Part shown: piece after piece, positions 8,705-18,368 of the stretch
Layout of the letters: every line of letters begins with the position of its first letter
How positions within the stretch are numbered: position 1 is the stretch's first letter
Assembly (NCBI GenBank): GCA_963839945.1
Contig: CAWIWW010000004.1
Location: 976,218 to 1,040,217 of the forward strand
Reading direction: 5' to 3'
DNA length: 64,000 nucleotides
DNA from: an uncultured Solirubrobacterales bacterium
Lineage (GTDB): Bacteria; Actinomycetota; Thermoleophilia; Solirubrobacterales; Solirubrobacteraceae
Program-made: the position numbers and the translations under genes
The notes under the pieces: generated by a model
Database searches by the model: none
Told to the model about the DNA's origin: nothing
Seen by the model: only the letters and a program-made list of their open reading frames with translations

Positions 8705-9899
8705 GCTTGTCGGAGCTCCAGGCGCTCGAGCGCGAGCACGTGATCGCGTCCTACGCGCGCATGCCGGTGCAGTTCGTGCGCGGCGAGGGTCCGTGGCTGT
8801 GGGACGAGGACGGCAACGAGTACCTCGATTTCCTGTGCGGCATCTCGGTCACGAACCTCGGGCACTGCCATCCGCGCGTGGTCGCGGCCGTGCGCGAGCA
8901 GGCCGGGCGGCTGATGCACGTCTCCAACCTGTTCTACACCGAGCCCGCGATGCGCCTGGCCGAGCGGCTGTCGCGATCCAGCCTCGGCGGCAAGGTGTAC
9001 TTCTGCAACTCCGGCGCCGAGGCCAGCGAGGCGGCGATCAAGCTCGTGCGCGCCGCCCGCCCCGTGGGGACGTGATCGTCGTCTACGGCGCCTTCCACGG
9101 GCGCACCTACGGCGCGCTGTCGGCCACCCCCCAGGAGTCCAAGCAGGCTCCCTTCGCGCCGCTCGTCCCCGGCTTTCGCGCGGTCGATCCCACGCCTGAG
9201 GCGATCGCCTCGGCGATCGATGAGGACACAGCCGCGGTGCTGCTGGAGCCGATCCAGGGCGAGTCGGGCGTGCACGTCCTCTCGGAGGAGTCACTTCAAG
9301 CCGCGCGCGCTGCCTGCGACGCGCACGGCGCCGCGCTCGTGTTCGACGAGGTCCAATCCGGCATGGGCCGCACCGGCACGCTGTGGGCCTACGAGCAGAC
9401 GGGCGTTACGCCAGACGCAATCACCACCGCCAAGGCGCTGGGAGGCGGCCTGCCGATCGGCGCGCTCGTGACCGCCTCGCGCCTGGGCGACGTATTGCAG
9501 CCTGGCGATCACGGCTCCACGTTCGCCGGCGGCCCCGTCGTCGCGGCGGCCGCGCTGGCGGCGCTCCAGGTCACCGACGATCCCGCCCTGCTCGCGCGCG
9601 TGCGCACCCTCGGCGAGCGTCTGCACGCCGGCCTGGAACGCCTGCCGCACGTGTCCTCCGTGCGCGGGCGCGGCCTGATGCTCGCCTGCGAGCTGGACGT
9701 CCCGGCACCCGAGGTCGCGCGTCGGGCATTGCTGCAGCAGCGGCTGATCGTCAACGCCACCGGGCCCACCACCTTGCGTCTGCTCCCGCCTTTGATCGTC
9801 GGCGAGGCCGAGATCGACCTCGCGCTGGAGCGTCTTCACGCGGCCCTGGCCGCGGACAGTGGCGGTGGTGGCAGCGACGACGCCGGCGGCGGGGGATAG
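8701..9899 (+). CDS. argD: Acetylornithine aminotransferase, frameshifted near 9060
   Basis: N-half (YLDFLCGISV, NLGHCHP, FCNSGAEA) and C-half (FHGRTYG, EPIQGESG, DEVQSGMGRTG, AKALGGG) are in different frames; one extra C in the C-run at 9060-9063 joins them. Confidence 0.93.
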
Positions 9900-9912
9900 G
9901 GTTGCTGCGCGC

Positions 9913-11190
9913 ATGACCGAGGACACCTCACAGCACGGCTTCCCCCCGCGGACCGCCTCCTACGAGGCTGACCCGGCCGAGGTCTCGCGCGTGCTGCTGC
10001 TGTATTCCGGTGGCCTCGACACGAGCGTGATGCTCAAGTGGATCCAGGACCGCTACTCCGCGGAGGTCGTGTGCCTGACCGTTAACCTCGGCCAGCCCGG
10101 CGAGGACTACGAAGTGATCGAGGACAAGGCGCTGCGGCTGGGCGCGCTCGAGTGTCATGTCGTGGATGCGCGCGAGGAGTTCGCGCACGAGTACGTCCTG
10201 ACCGCGATCAAGGCCAACGCGCTCTACGGCGACTACCCGCTGTTCACCGCGCTCGGGCGTCCCCTTATAGCCAAGCTTGCGGTCGAGTACGCGCGCCGTA
10301 CGGGCTGTGACACGATCGCTCACGGATGCACCGGCAAAGGCAACGACCAGGTCCGGATCGAGGCGACCGTCGCCACGCTCGCCCCCGAGCTGCGAGTGAT
10401 CGCGCCGGTGCGCTCCTGGCAGCTGGGCCGGGATGAGGAGATTGCCTACGCCCGGGAGCACGGCATCCCGATCAAGTCCGCCGTCGGAAGTGAGGACGCC
10501 GCTCCCTACTCAATTGACGACAATCTCTGGGGGCGCTCATCGGAGGGCCGCTGGATCGAGGATTTGGGCCATGCGCCCGAGGACAATGTCTTCCAGCTCG
10601 TGACTCCCCCCGAGCGTGCGCCTGACGAGGCGGAGGTCTTGGAGATCGAGTTCGAACGAGGCACGCCCGTCGCCTTGAACGGCGAGCGCTTGGGGCTGGT
10701 TGATCTGCTCGAACGGACTGCTGAGGTCGGAGCCAGACACGGCGTGGGGATCGTGGACCACATCGAGGACCGGATCGTCGGTCTGAAGGTCAGGGACATC
10801 TACGAGGTGCCCGCGGCGGCGATTCTGCTGCTCGCCCACCAGGATCTGGAGCGACTCGTGGGCACGATCCACCAGAACCAGTTCAAGCCCCAGCTCGACC
10901 GCCAGTGGGCCTACCTCGTCTACGCGGGCCTCTGGTGGGAGCCGCTGCGCGGCGATCTCGACGCCTACATGGATCGGGTCAACGAGCAGGCGACAGGGAC
11001 GATCGGGCTCAAGCTCTACAAGGGCAGCGCGCGCGTCGTCACGCGCTCCTCCCCGAACGCCGTCTACGACGCTCAGCTGGCGTCGTTCTCCGAGTCCGGC
11101 GGCCTGTTCTCGCAGACCGCCTCGCCCGGGTTCATCGAGCTGTTCTCGCTGCAGTCGCGCATGGCGTGGCGGCTGCGCAACCGCTCCTGA
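9913..11190 (+). CDS. argG: Argininosuccinate synthase
   Basis: LLYSGGLDTS, HGCTGKGNDQVR, YSIDDNLWGRS, EDRIVGLKVRDIYE. Confidence 0.97.
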   Translation: MTEDTSQHGFPPRTASYEADPAEVSRVLLLYSGGLDTSVMLKWIQDRYSAEVVCLTVNLGQPGEDYEVIEDKALRLGALECHVVDAREEFAHEYVLTAIKANALYGDYPLFTALGRPLIAKLAVEYARRTGCDTIAHGCTGKGNDQVRIEATVATLAPELRVIAPVRSWQLGRDEEIAYAREHGIPIKSAVGSEDAAPYSIDDNLWGRSSEGRWIEDLGHAPEDNVFQLVTPPERAPDEAEVLEIEFERGTPVALNGERLGLVDLLERTAEVGARHGVGIVDHIEDRIVGLKVRDIYEVPAAAILLLAHQDLERLVGTIHQNQFKPQLDRQWAYLVYAGLWWEPLRGDLDAYMDRVNEQATGTIGLKLYKGSARVVTRSSPNAVYDAQLASFSESGGLFSQTASPGFIELFSLQSRMAWRLRNRS

Positions 11191-11281
11191 GCGCGGCCTC
11201 CCGCGCGCGCAACCGCAGTCGCCTGCGCGCTGCCGCGCCGCCGGTCGCGTCCGGCCCAGACCGTAGGCTCACAGGCAAGTC

Positions 11282-12238
11282 ATGATCGCCGAGGGATCAT
11301 CCTCACAAACCCCCGGGGGAGAGCCCCCTCATCAGAGCGAGCGCGACCTGCTGGCCGAGCGTCGTGCGCTGCGCGCCGCCCAGATGAGCGACCCGGCGCT
11401 GGTGCGCCGCGCCGAGGCGGCCGAGGCGACGGTGCAGACTCTGGAGACGCACTTGACGAGCCTGCGCCAGCGCCTGCACGAGGCCGAGGAGGAGCGGCGC
11501 GGCAACGCCCAACGGCTGGCCGATAGTGAGAACGAGCTGCGCCGCGTCTCCCAGCAGGAGTACGCCGAGCAACAGCTGCGCGCCGAGGCCGAACGGGCAC
11601 TGGCGGTCGCCCTCGACAGATCGCCCGACGGCGCGCTCGCCCGTTCGGAGGTCGTTCAGGGACTGCGCGCGCGTGTGGCGGAGGTCGAGCGCCGCGCCGG
11701 GTGGCTCGCGCAGGAGATCGAATCGGAGCGCCGCGCGCGCGAGCGCACCGAGCGCGAGCTGGAGGCGATGCGCGAGAGTCACGCGACGATGGCCGTGACG
11801 GTGAGCGAGCTCAGGGACGTCGCCCGCAGGCTGCGCGATGCCGCCGCGCTCTCCGCCAGCAGATCGCCCGCTGTGCCCGCGCTCCCAGTCCTACCCACGC
11901 CGGCACGGGCGGGGCAGGAGCAGAGTCAGGTGCGCCGCGAGGAGATGGCCGACGCGCTGGCGGCCGCCGTGGAGCGCCTGCGCGCCCGCGCAGAGGAGTC
12001 TCTGGCGCAACCCCAGCAGGCGCCGGTGGAGGCATCGCCGCCGCCGCCGGCGCCCGTCGAGTCCCCCGTGGCGCTGGCGATCGCGTCAGCCCCGAGCGCC
12101 GGCGCAAAGCCCGCGATCGAGCCCAAGCCGCACAAGCACAGCATGTCGCTGATCGGCCGCTTGCGCTACGCCCGCAAACACCGGCACGACGCCTCCCGGG
12201 ACGCCGGTGGCTCGCCTAGCATCGGCAAGCACCGGTGA
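11282..12238 (+). CDS. Hypothetical coiled-coil protein
   Basis: E/R/A-rich helical sequence with a Pro-rich linker; GTGA overlap with dnaE; host-like codon use. Confidence 0.7.
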   Translation: MIAEGSSSQTPGGEPPHQSERDLLAERRALRAAQMSDPALVRRAEAAEATVQTLETHLTSLRQRLHEAEEERRGNAQRLADSENELRRVSQQEYAEQQLRAEAERALAVALDRSPDGALARSEVVQGLRARVAEVERRAGWLAQEIESERRARERTERELEAMRESHATMAVTVSELRDVARRLRDAAALSASRSPAVPALPVLPTPARAGQEQSQVRREEMADALAAAVERLRARAEESLAQPQQAPVEASPPPPAPVESPVALAIASAPSAGAKPAIEPKPHKHSMSLIGRLRYARKHRHDASRDAGGSPSIGKHR

Positions 12239-15200
12239 CCGTTCCAGCCTGCGCCCACCTGCACGTTCACTCCGAGTACTCGCTGCTCGACGGGGCCTGC
12301 AAGATCGACGCGCTCGCCGCGCGCGCGGCGGAGTTCGGCCAGCCGGCTCTCGGCCTGACCGACCACGGCGTGATGAACGGCGCCGTCGAGTTGCACAAGG
12401 CGTGCGCCTCCCACGGCGTCAAGCCGATCGTCGGCTGTGAGATCTACCTCGTCGAGGACCACATCGCCGCGGCGGGGGCGGGCGGGACCTCGCCGAAGGT
12501 GCAGCGCAACCATCTGACGCTGCTCGCAGCCGACGACGCCGGTTATCGCAACCTGGTCAAGCTCTCCTCGGCCGGGTTCCTGGAAGGGCTCAACCGCGGC
12601 AAGCCGACCGTCGACCTGCACCAGATCGAGCGCCACTCCGATGGCGTGATCGCGCTGACCGGCTGCCTGGCCTCGCGCTTCTGCCAGCACCTGCTCGAGG
12701 ACCGTCCCGGCGACGCGCGCGCGCACGCCGACGATCTGCGCCGGATCTTCGGGCCCGAGAACGTCTACTTCGAGGTCCAGAAGAACGGTCTTCAGGCGCA
12801 GGAGAAGTGCAACGAGGGAATCGTGCGCATCGCCTCAGAGCTCGGCGGCTCGCTGGTGGGCACCGGCGACGTGCATTACCTGCGCCGTGAGGACTACGAC
12901 CATCACACCGCGCTGTTGTGCGTGCAGACCAAGAGCACGATCGCCGCACCGAAGCTGACGTTCGAAACCAACGAGTTCTTCCTGCGCGACAGCTCGGAGA
13001 TGGCCGACGCGTTCGCGCAGTGGCCGGAGGCGATCGCCAGCACCCTGGAGATCGCCGAGCGCTGCTCGGTGCAGCTGGAGCTCGGCAAGCAGCTGATCCC
13101 GAGCTATGCGACGCCCGATGGCAGCGGCGAGCACGAGTACCTGCGCGCGCGCGTGCTCGAGGGGCTTGCGCTGCGCTACGGCGACCCGCCGCCGGCGGAG
13201 GCGATGGAGCGCATGGAGATGGAGCTCGGCGTGATCGACGGGATGGGCTTCAACGCCTACTTTTTGATCGTCTGGGACTTCGTCCGCTTCGCCAAGGAGA
13301 ACGGCATCGCCGTCGGCCCCGGCCGCGGCTCGGCGGCCGGCTCGATCGTCGCCTACTGCCTGGCGATCACCGATGTGGATCCGCTGCGCTACGACCTGCT
13401 GTTCGAGCGCTTCCTGAACCCCGAGCGCGTGTCGATGCCGGACATCGACATCGACTTCTCCGTGCGCGGTCGCGAGCGGGTGATGAAATACGTGACCGAG
13501 AAGTACGGGCGCGAGTCGGTCGCGCAGATCGTCACGTTCGGCAAGATGTTCCCCCGCGCCGCCACCCGCGACGCCGCGCGAGTGCTGGGCCTGGACTATG
13601 GCACCGGCGATCGCCTGGCGAAGCTGATCCCCGACCCGATCATGGGCCGGGCGCCCTCCTTCGAGGAGTGCCTGAAGAGCGGGCAGCCGCTGCGCAAGGC
13701 CTACGACTCCGAGCCGGCCGCCAAGCAGATCATCGACGTCGCGCGTGGCCTCGAGGGAATCGTGCGCAACAGCTCGATCCACGCCGCCGCCGTGGTGATC
13801 GCCGACCGGCCGCTCACCGACATCGTGCCGTTGCAGCTCGCCGACGCCGGCGCTGACGAGAATGGCGAGAAGGCGTTTCGCACCGTCACGCAGTTCTCGA
13901 TGAAGCCGATCGAGGACATCGGCCTGCTGAAGATGGATTTCCTGGGTCTGCGCAACCTCGACGTGATCGAGGATGCGCTGGACATCATCGAGCGCTCCTG
14001 CGGCGTTCGTCCGGACATGACGACACTGCCGCTGGATGACGCGCGCACGTATGAGATGCTCGCGCGCGGAGACTCCACCGGTGTGTTTCAGTTCGAGTCC
14101 GAGGGCATGCGCGAGGCTCTGAAGAAGGTGCGTCCCGACGAGTTCAACGACCTCGTCGCGCTCAACGCGCTCTACCGCCCCGGCGCGATCGACCAGATCC
14201 CGGTCTACGCCAAGGGCAAGCACAACCCGCAGGCGATCTCCTATCCAGACGAGCGCCTGCGTCCGATCCTGCAGTCCTCCAACGGGGTCATCCTCTACCA
14301 GGAGCAGGCGATGCGAATCGCCAAGGAGCTGGCCGGCTTCTCCGGGGCCAAGGCGGATGACCTGCGCAAGGCGATCGGCAAGAAGAACCGGGCGGCGATG
14401 GCCTCGCTGAAGCCCGAGTTCGTGCAGGGCGCGCGCGCGTCGGGGACCAAGCCCGAGGTGATCGAGTTCCTGTGGAACACCAACGAGCGCTCCGCGGACT
14501 ATTCCTTCAACAAGAGCCACGCCGCCTGTTACGGGCTGATCGCCTACCGCACGGCCTGGCTGAAGGCCAACCATCCCGCCGAGTACATGGCGGCGCTGAT
14601 CTCCTCGGTCATGTCCACCAAGGACAAGGTCCCGTTCTTCGTGGCCCGCTGCGAGGAGATGGGCATCGAGATCCTGCCGCCGGATGTGAACCTCTCAGAT
14701 CACCAGTTCACGGTCGGGCCGTCCAGCGTCAAGGGCGGGATCGGAAGCATCCGCTTCGGCCTGGATGCCGTCAAGGGCGTCGGCTACCAGGCCGTGGAGG
14801 CGATCAAGAGCGCGCGCGAAGATTCAGATCCCGCCCACCCCGGCGGACAGTTCACGTCGCTGTGGGACTTCTGCGAGCGCGTGGACAGCCGTGCGGTCAA
14901 CAAGAAGGCGATCGAGGCGCTGATCAAGTGCGGCGCGCTCGGCTCCACCGGCGCCAGTCGCAAGGGCATGCTCGAGGTGCTCGAGCGCGCGCAGGGCGCG
15001 GGTCAGAAGGCCCAGCAGGACGCTCAGATCGGCCAGGGCTCGATCTTCGACCTGGCGGCGCCCGCAACAGGCGATCCGCCCGCCGCCAGCACAGGCGAGG
15101 CCGGCGGGCCCGCCGGCGGCCTCCCGGCAACGACCGGCCCGCGCCCCGGGGCGGCGTTCGCGCGGCCCTCGCACCCTCCGATTCCGGCCGAGGAGTTCGA

Positions 15201-15900
15201 CCAGGCGCGGCTGCTCGCGGTCGAGAAGGAGGCGATCGGCCTGTTCGTCTCCGCCCATCCGCTGAAGCCGCTGCGCGAGATCCTCAGAGCTCGCACCGAC
15301 TGCCAGCTGGCCGCGCTGTCAGACCGCCGCGACAAGGACTGGGTGACGGTCGGCGGGATCATCGTCGAGTCCAAGCGCATCCGCACCCGCGCCGGCGAGC
15401 AGATGATGTTCGCGACGCTCGACGATCTCGGTGGCGCCGTGGAGGTGCTCGTGTTCGGCAAGGCGCTGTCCGAGCACGAGGCCGCGCTCGCGGTCGACCA
15501 GGTCGTGCTCGTACGCGGGCGGGTCGATCACAAGGAAGCCGGCAAGACCTGCCTGATCGCCCAGACCGTCGAGGTGTTCGCGCCCTCAGATCAGGAGATC
15601 GCACAGGCCCGCAAACAGGCCGACGCGGACGCCCGCACGGCGGTCGCGCTCGCCAAGCCGGTGTGCGTGCGCGTCGAGATCGCCAGCGTTTCGCCGAGCG
15701 CGATCGAGGACGTCAAGCAGCTCATCGCCGACTATCCCGGACCGGCCGACGTGTGGATCGAGATTCCCACTCCCACGGGGGGCATGCGCCGGCTGCGCCT
15801 GGGCGATGACTATCGCGTGCAGAACACCCCCACGCTGCGCGCCGAGCTCGAGAACATCTTCGCCGCCGCCCCCGCTGTTGCCGCAGCGCTCGCCGGCTGA
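12235..15900 (+). CDS. dnaE: DNA polymerase III alpha subunit
   Basis: HLHVHSEYSLLDG PHP domain, GPGRGSAAGS, FERFLNPERVSMPDIDIDF, GLLKMDFLGL, YSFNKSHA. Confidence 0.98.
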   Translation: MTVPACAHLHVHSEYSLLDGACKIDALAARAAEFGQPALGLTDHGVMNGAVELHKACASHGVKPIVGCEIYLVEDHIAAAGAGGTSPKVQRNHLTLLAADDAGYRNLVKLSSAGFLEGLNRGKPTVDLHQIERHSDGVIALTGCLASRFCQHLLEDRPGDARAHADDLRRIFGPENVYFEVQKNGLQAQEKCNEGIVRIASELGGSLVGTGDVHYLRREDYDHHTALLCVQTKSTIAAPKLTFETNEFFLRDSSEMADAFAQWPEAIASTLEIAERCSVQLELGKQLIPSYATPDGSGEHEYLRARVLEGLALRYGDPPPAEAMERMEMELGVIDGMGFNAYFLIVWDFVRFAKENGIAVGPGRGSAAGSIVAYCLAITDVDPLRYDLLFERFLNPERVSMPDIDIDFSVRGRERVMKYVTEKYGRESVAQIVTFGKMFPRAATRDAARVLGLDYGTGDRLAKLIPDPIMGRAPSFEECLKSGQPLRKAYDSEPAAKQIIDVARGLEGIVRNSSIHAAAVVIADRPLTDIVPLQLADAGADENGEKAFRTVTQFSMKPIEDIGLLKMDFLGLRNLDVIEDALDIIERSCGVRPDMTTLPLDDARTYEMLARGDSTGVFQFESEGMREALKKVRPDEFNDLVALNALYRPGAIDQIPVYAKGKHNPQAISYPDERLRPILQSSNGVILYQEQAMRIAKELAGFSGAKADDLRKAIGKKNRAAMASLKPEFVQGARASGTKPEVIEFLWNTNERSADYSFNKSHAACYGLIAYRTAWLKANHPAEYMAALISSVMSTKDKVPFFVARCEEMGIEILPPDVNLSDHQFTVGPSSVKGGIGSIRFGLDAVKGVGYQAVEAIKSAREDSDPAHPGGQFTSLWDFCERVDSRAVNKKAIEALIKCGALGSTGASRKGMLEVLERAQGAGQKAQQDAQIGQGSIFDLAAPATGDPPAASTGEAGGPAGGLPATTGPRPGAAFARPSHPPIPAEEFDQARLLAVEKEAIGLFVSAHPLKPLREILRARTDCQLAALSDRRDKDWVTVGGIIVESKRIRTRAGEQMMFATLDDLGGAVEVLVFGKALSEHEAALAVDQVVLVRGRVDHKEAGKTCLIAQTVEVFAPSDQEIAQARKQADADARTAVALAKPVCVRVEIASVSPSAIEDVKQLIADYPGPADVWIEIPTPTGGMRRLRLGDDYRVQNTPTLRAELENIFAAAPAVAAALAG

Positions 15901-15915
15901 CGCGCGCCGGCGGCC

Positions 15916-16782
15916 CTACCGGCGTCTGCGTGCGCGCAGCCCTCGCTCGCGCAGCTCCATCGCCAGCTGCACTTCCGCGCGCGAAGGGCCTTGGCGGTTC
16001 TCGCCCGGGGTCTCCAGCACGCACGGCAGCTTCTGCAATCCCGGGGCAGACAGGAACGCGATGCAGCCCTGCTCGCCGAGCTCGCCCTGACCGATGTTCG
16101 CGTGGCGGTCGCGCTCTGAGCCGAGCGGTGTCTGCGAGTCGTTGCAATGCAGCGAGCGGACGCGACCGCGCCCCAGCGCGCGCGTGCACTCGCGCAGGAC
16201 CGCGCCCATGCCGGCGGGCGTGCGGATGTCATAGCCGGAGGCGAGCAGATGGCAGGAGTCCAGGCACACCCCGACGCGCCGATCGCCGCCGGCCGCTTCC
16301 AGCAGCGCCTGAAGCTCCTGCAAGGAGCGCCCGAGCGTGCCGCCCGCGCCGGCCGTGTTCTCCAGGTGCAGCTCGCACCCCTCGCTCTCGGCCAGCGCCT
16401 CTGCGATCGTCTCGCCGGCGCGCGCGATCGCCTGACCGACGTCGCCGGTCTTGGCCGAGCCGGGGTGCAGCACCACGCCGCACGCGCCGATCGCGCGGCC
16501 CACCCGCAGCGAGTGCGTCAGCGAGTGAAGCGTTTTGGCGCGGATGTCGGGGTCCTCGCTGGCGCAGTTGAGCAGGTAGACGGCGTGGATCAGCACCGCG
16601 TCGATCGGGCTCTGGTCCATCGCGGCGCGAAACGCCGCGAAGTCCTCCTCGCTGTAGGCGGTCGGGCGCCACATGCGTGGAGACTGGTTGAAGATCTGGA
16701 TCGCCCGACAGCCGCGCTCCCGGCCCCGCTCGATCGCTTTCGGCAGGCCGCCCGCGGGGGAGACGTGCGCTCCGATTAGCAT
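15916..16782 (-). CDS. nfo: Endonuclease IV (AP endonuclease 2)
   Basis: IGAHVS, HAVYLLN, VVLHPGS, LENTAG, CLDSCH, HCNDS, DRHANIG, LETP. Confidence 0.95.
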   Translation of the reverse strand: MLIGAHVSPAGGLPKAIERGRERGCRAIQIFNQSPRMWRPTAYSEEDFAAFRAAMDQSPIDAVLIHAVYLLNCASEDPDIRAKTLHSLTHSLRVGRAIGACGVVLHPGSAKTGDVGQAIARAGETIAEALAESEGCELHLENTAGAGGTLGRSLQELQALLEAAGGDRRVGVCLDSCHLLASGYDIRTPAGMGAVLRECTRALGRGRVRSLHCNDSQTPLGSERDRHANIGQGELGEQGCIAFLSAPGLQKLPCVLETPGENRQGPSRAEVQLAMELRERGLRARRRR

Positions 16783-16794
16783 GCGGGCGATCTT

Positions 16795-18249
16795 ATGCAT
16801 TCGCCTTCCGAGCAGCCCGACCGACCGATGCGTGTGCGCTTCGCGCCATCGCCCACGGGCGCGCTGCACATCGGCGGCGCGCGCACCGCCCTGTTCAACT
16901 GGCTGCTGGCGCGCCACCACGGCGGCGAGCTCGTGCTGCGCATCGAGGACACCGACCGCGAGCGCTCCACCGCGGAGAACGTGGCGCAGATCCTCGACGC
17001 GCTGCGCTGGTTGGAGCTCGACTGGGACGAGGGGCCGATCATGCAGACCGAGCGCTCTGAGCGTCACGCCGAGGTGCTGGGGGCGCTGCTTGACTCAGGG
17101 CACGCCTACCGGTCGAATGCCACCGCGCAGGACGTCAAGGCCTACAAGCTCGCGCACGGCGCCGAGGTCGGGTTCCGCGGGCAGGGGTGGGCGGGCAGTC
17201 AGAAAGACGGGTCGGCGGCGGTGCGGCTGCGCGTGCCCGCCCAGGGCGAGACGGTCGTTCACGACGTCATCCGCGGCGACACGCGCTTCGAGCACGCCCA
17301 TCTCGACGACCCCGTGATCGCCCGCGCTGACGGGTCGGTGCTGTACAACTTCGCCGTCGCGATCGACGACCTCGACGCCCGCATCTCCCACGTCGTCCGT
17401 GGCGAGGATCACCTGTCCAACACGCCCAAGCAGCTGCTCGTGCTGGAGGCCGCGCGGGCCGTCGGGTTCGGCGCGGGCCGGCCGTTGCCGGTGTACGCGC
17501 ACCTGCCGCTGCTGCACGGAGCAGACGGCAAGAAGCTCTCAAAGCGCCACGGCGCCGCTTCCGTGCAGGAGCTGCGCGACGCCGGCTACCTGCCCGAGGC
17601 CGTGCGCAACTACCTGGCCCTGCTCGGCTGGGGCGCAGACGACGATCAGACGGTGCTCGGCACCGAGGATCTGATCGAGCGCTTCGAGCTCGATCGCGTC
17701 AGCCGCAACCCGGCGCGCTTCGACGAGGTCAAGCTGCGCTGGCTGAACGGCGTCTGGATCCGCGAGCTGGGAGTGGCCGAGCTGGAGCGCCGTGTCGGGG
17801 AGTTCCTGGCGCGCAGCGGCCACGCCGACGCTGCCGGTGATCGCAGGCTGCCCCGAGCCGTCGCGATCAGCCAGGAGAAGATCCACACGCTCGCGGACTT
17901 CTGGGCGCTGACGGGCTCGCTGCTCGAGGAGCCGGTGGAGGATCCCAAGGCGCAGGAGCGCTGGCTCGGACGGGAGGGACGCGCCGCGCTGGCTCAGGCG
18001 CGCGAGGCGCTGGCCGGGCTCGACGGCTTCAGCGAGGCGGATGTCGGCTCGGTACTGGGAGCGCTCGTCACCGAGCGCGCGGTCAAGCCGCGCGAGGTCT
18101 ATCAGCCGCTGCGCGTGGCGATCGCCGGCACGACCGTCTCGCCGGGGATCTTCGAGAGCGTCGCGCTGCTCGGCCGTGAGGAGACACTGCGCCGGATCGA
18201 CCGTGTATTGGAATCGGCGCCGGAGCCGGGCTCCGAGCCGGCCGGCTGA
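16795..18249 (+). CDS. gltX: Glutamate-tRNA ligase (alternative start 16828)
   Basis: RFAPSPTG, HIGG, LRIEDTD, RGEDH, KLSKRHG. Confidence 0.97.
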   Translation: MHSPSEQPDRPMRVRFAPSPTGALHIGGARTALFNWLLARHHGGELVLRIEDTDRERSTAENVAQILDALRWLELDWDEGPIMQTERSERHAEVLGALLDSGHAYRSNATAQDVKAYKLAHGAEVGFRGQGWAGSQKDGSAAVRLRVPAQGETVVHDVIRGDTRFEHAHLDDPVIARADGSVLYNFAVAIDDLDARISHVVRGEDHLSNTPKQLLVLEAARAVGFGAGRPLPVYAHLPLLHGADGKKLSKRHGAASVQELRDAGYLPEAVRNYLALLGWGADDDQTVLGTEDLIERFELDRVSRNPARFDEVKLRWLNGVWIRELGVAELERRVGEFLARSGHADAAGDRRLPRAVAISQEKIHTLADFWALTGSLLEEPVEDPKAQERWLGREGRAALAQAREALAGLDGFSEADVGSVLGALVTERAVKPREVYQPLRVAIAGTTVSPGIFESVALLGREETLRRIDRVLESAPEPGSEPAG

Positions 18250-18329
18250 CGCTGACTTGTGCCAGCGCGCGCAGCGACGTCTTCGAGCCGGCGCCCGCCC
18301 GCCGCTGGAGGGCGAGATAAAACTTCCTC

Positions 18330-18357
18330 TCAACCATTCGTCGAGGCCTGCCGATAG
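18330..18357 (+). promoter_or_regulatory. Possible sigma28 (FliA/WhiG)-type promoter
   Basis: TCAA-N16-GCCGATAG, ending 11 nt before ATG 18369. Confidence 0.45.
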
Positions 18358-18368
18358 GACACTCGACA

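Noticed and set aside
5279-11190. argF, argR and argH missing from the arg cluster
   Set aside because: They may lie outside the window; absence cannot be inferred.
12235-15900. Possible intein in DnaE
   Set aside because: Normal length and no splicing motifs; the extra residues are low-complexity linker.
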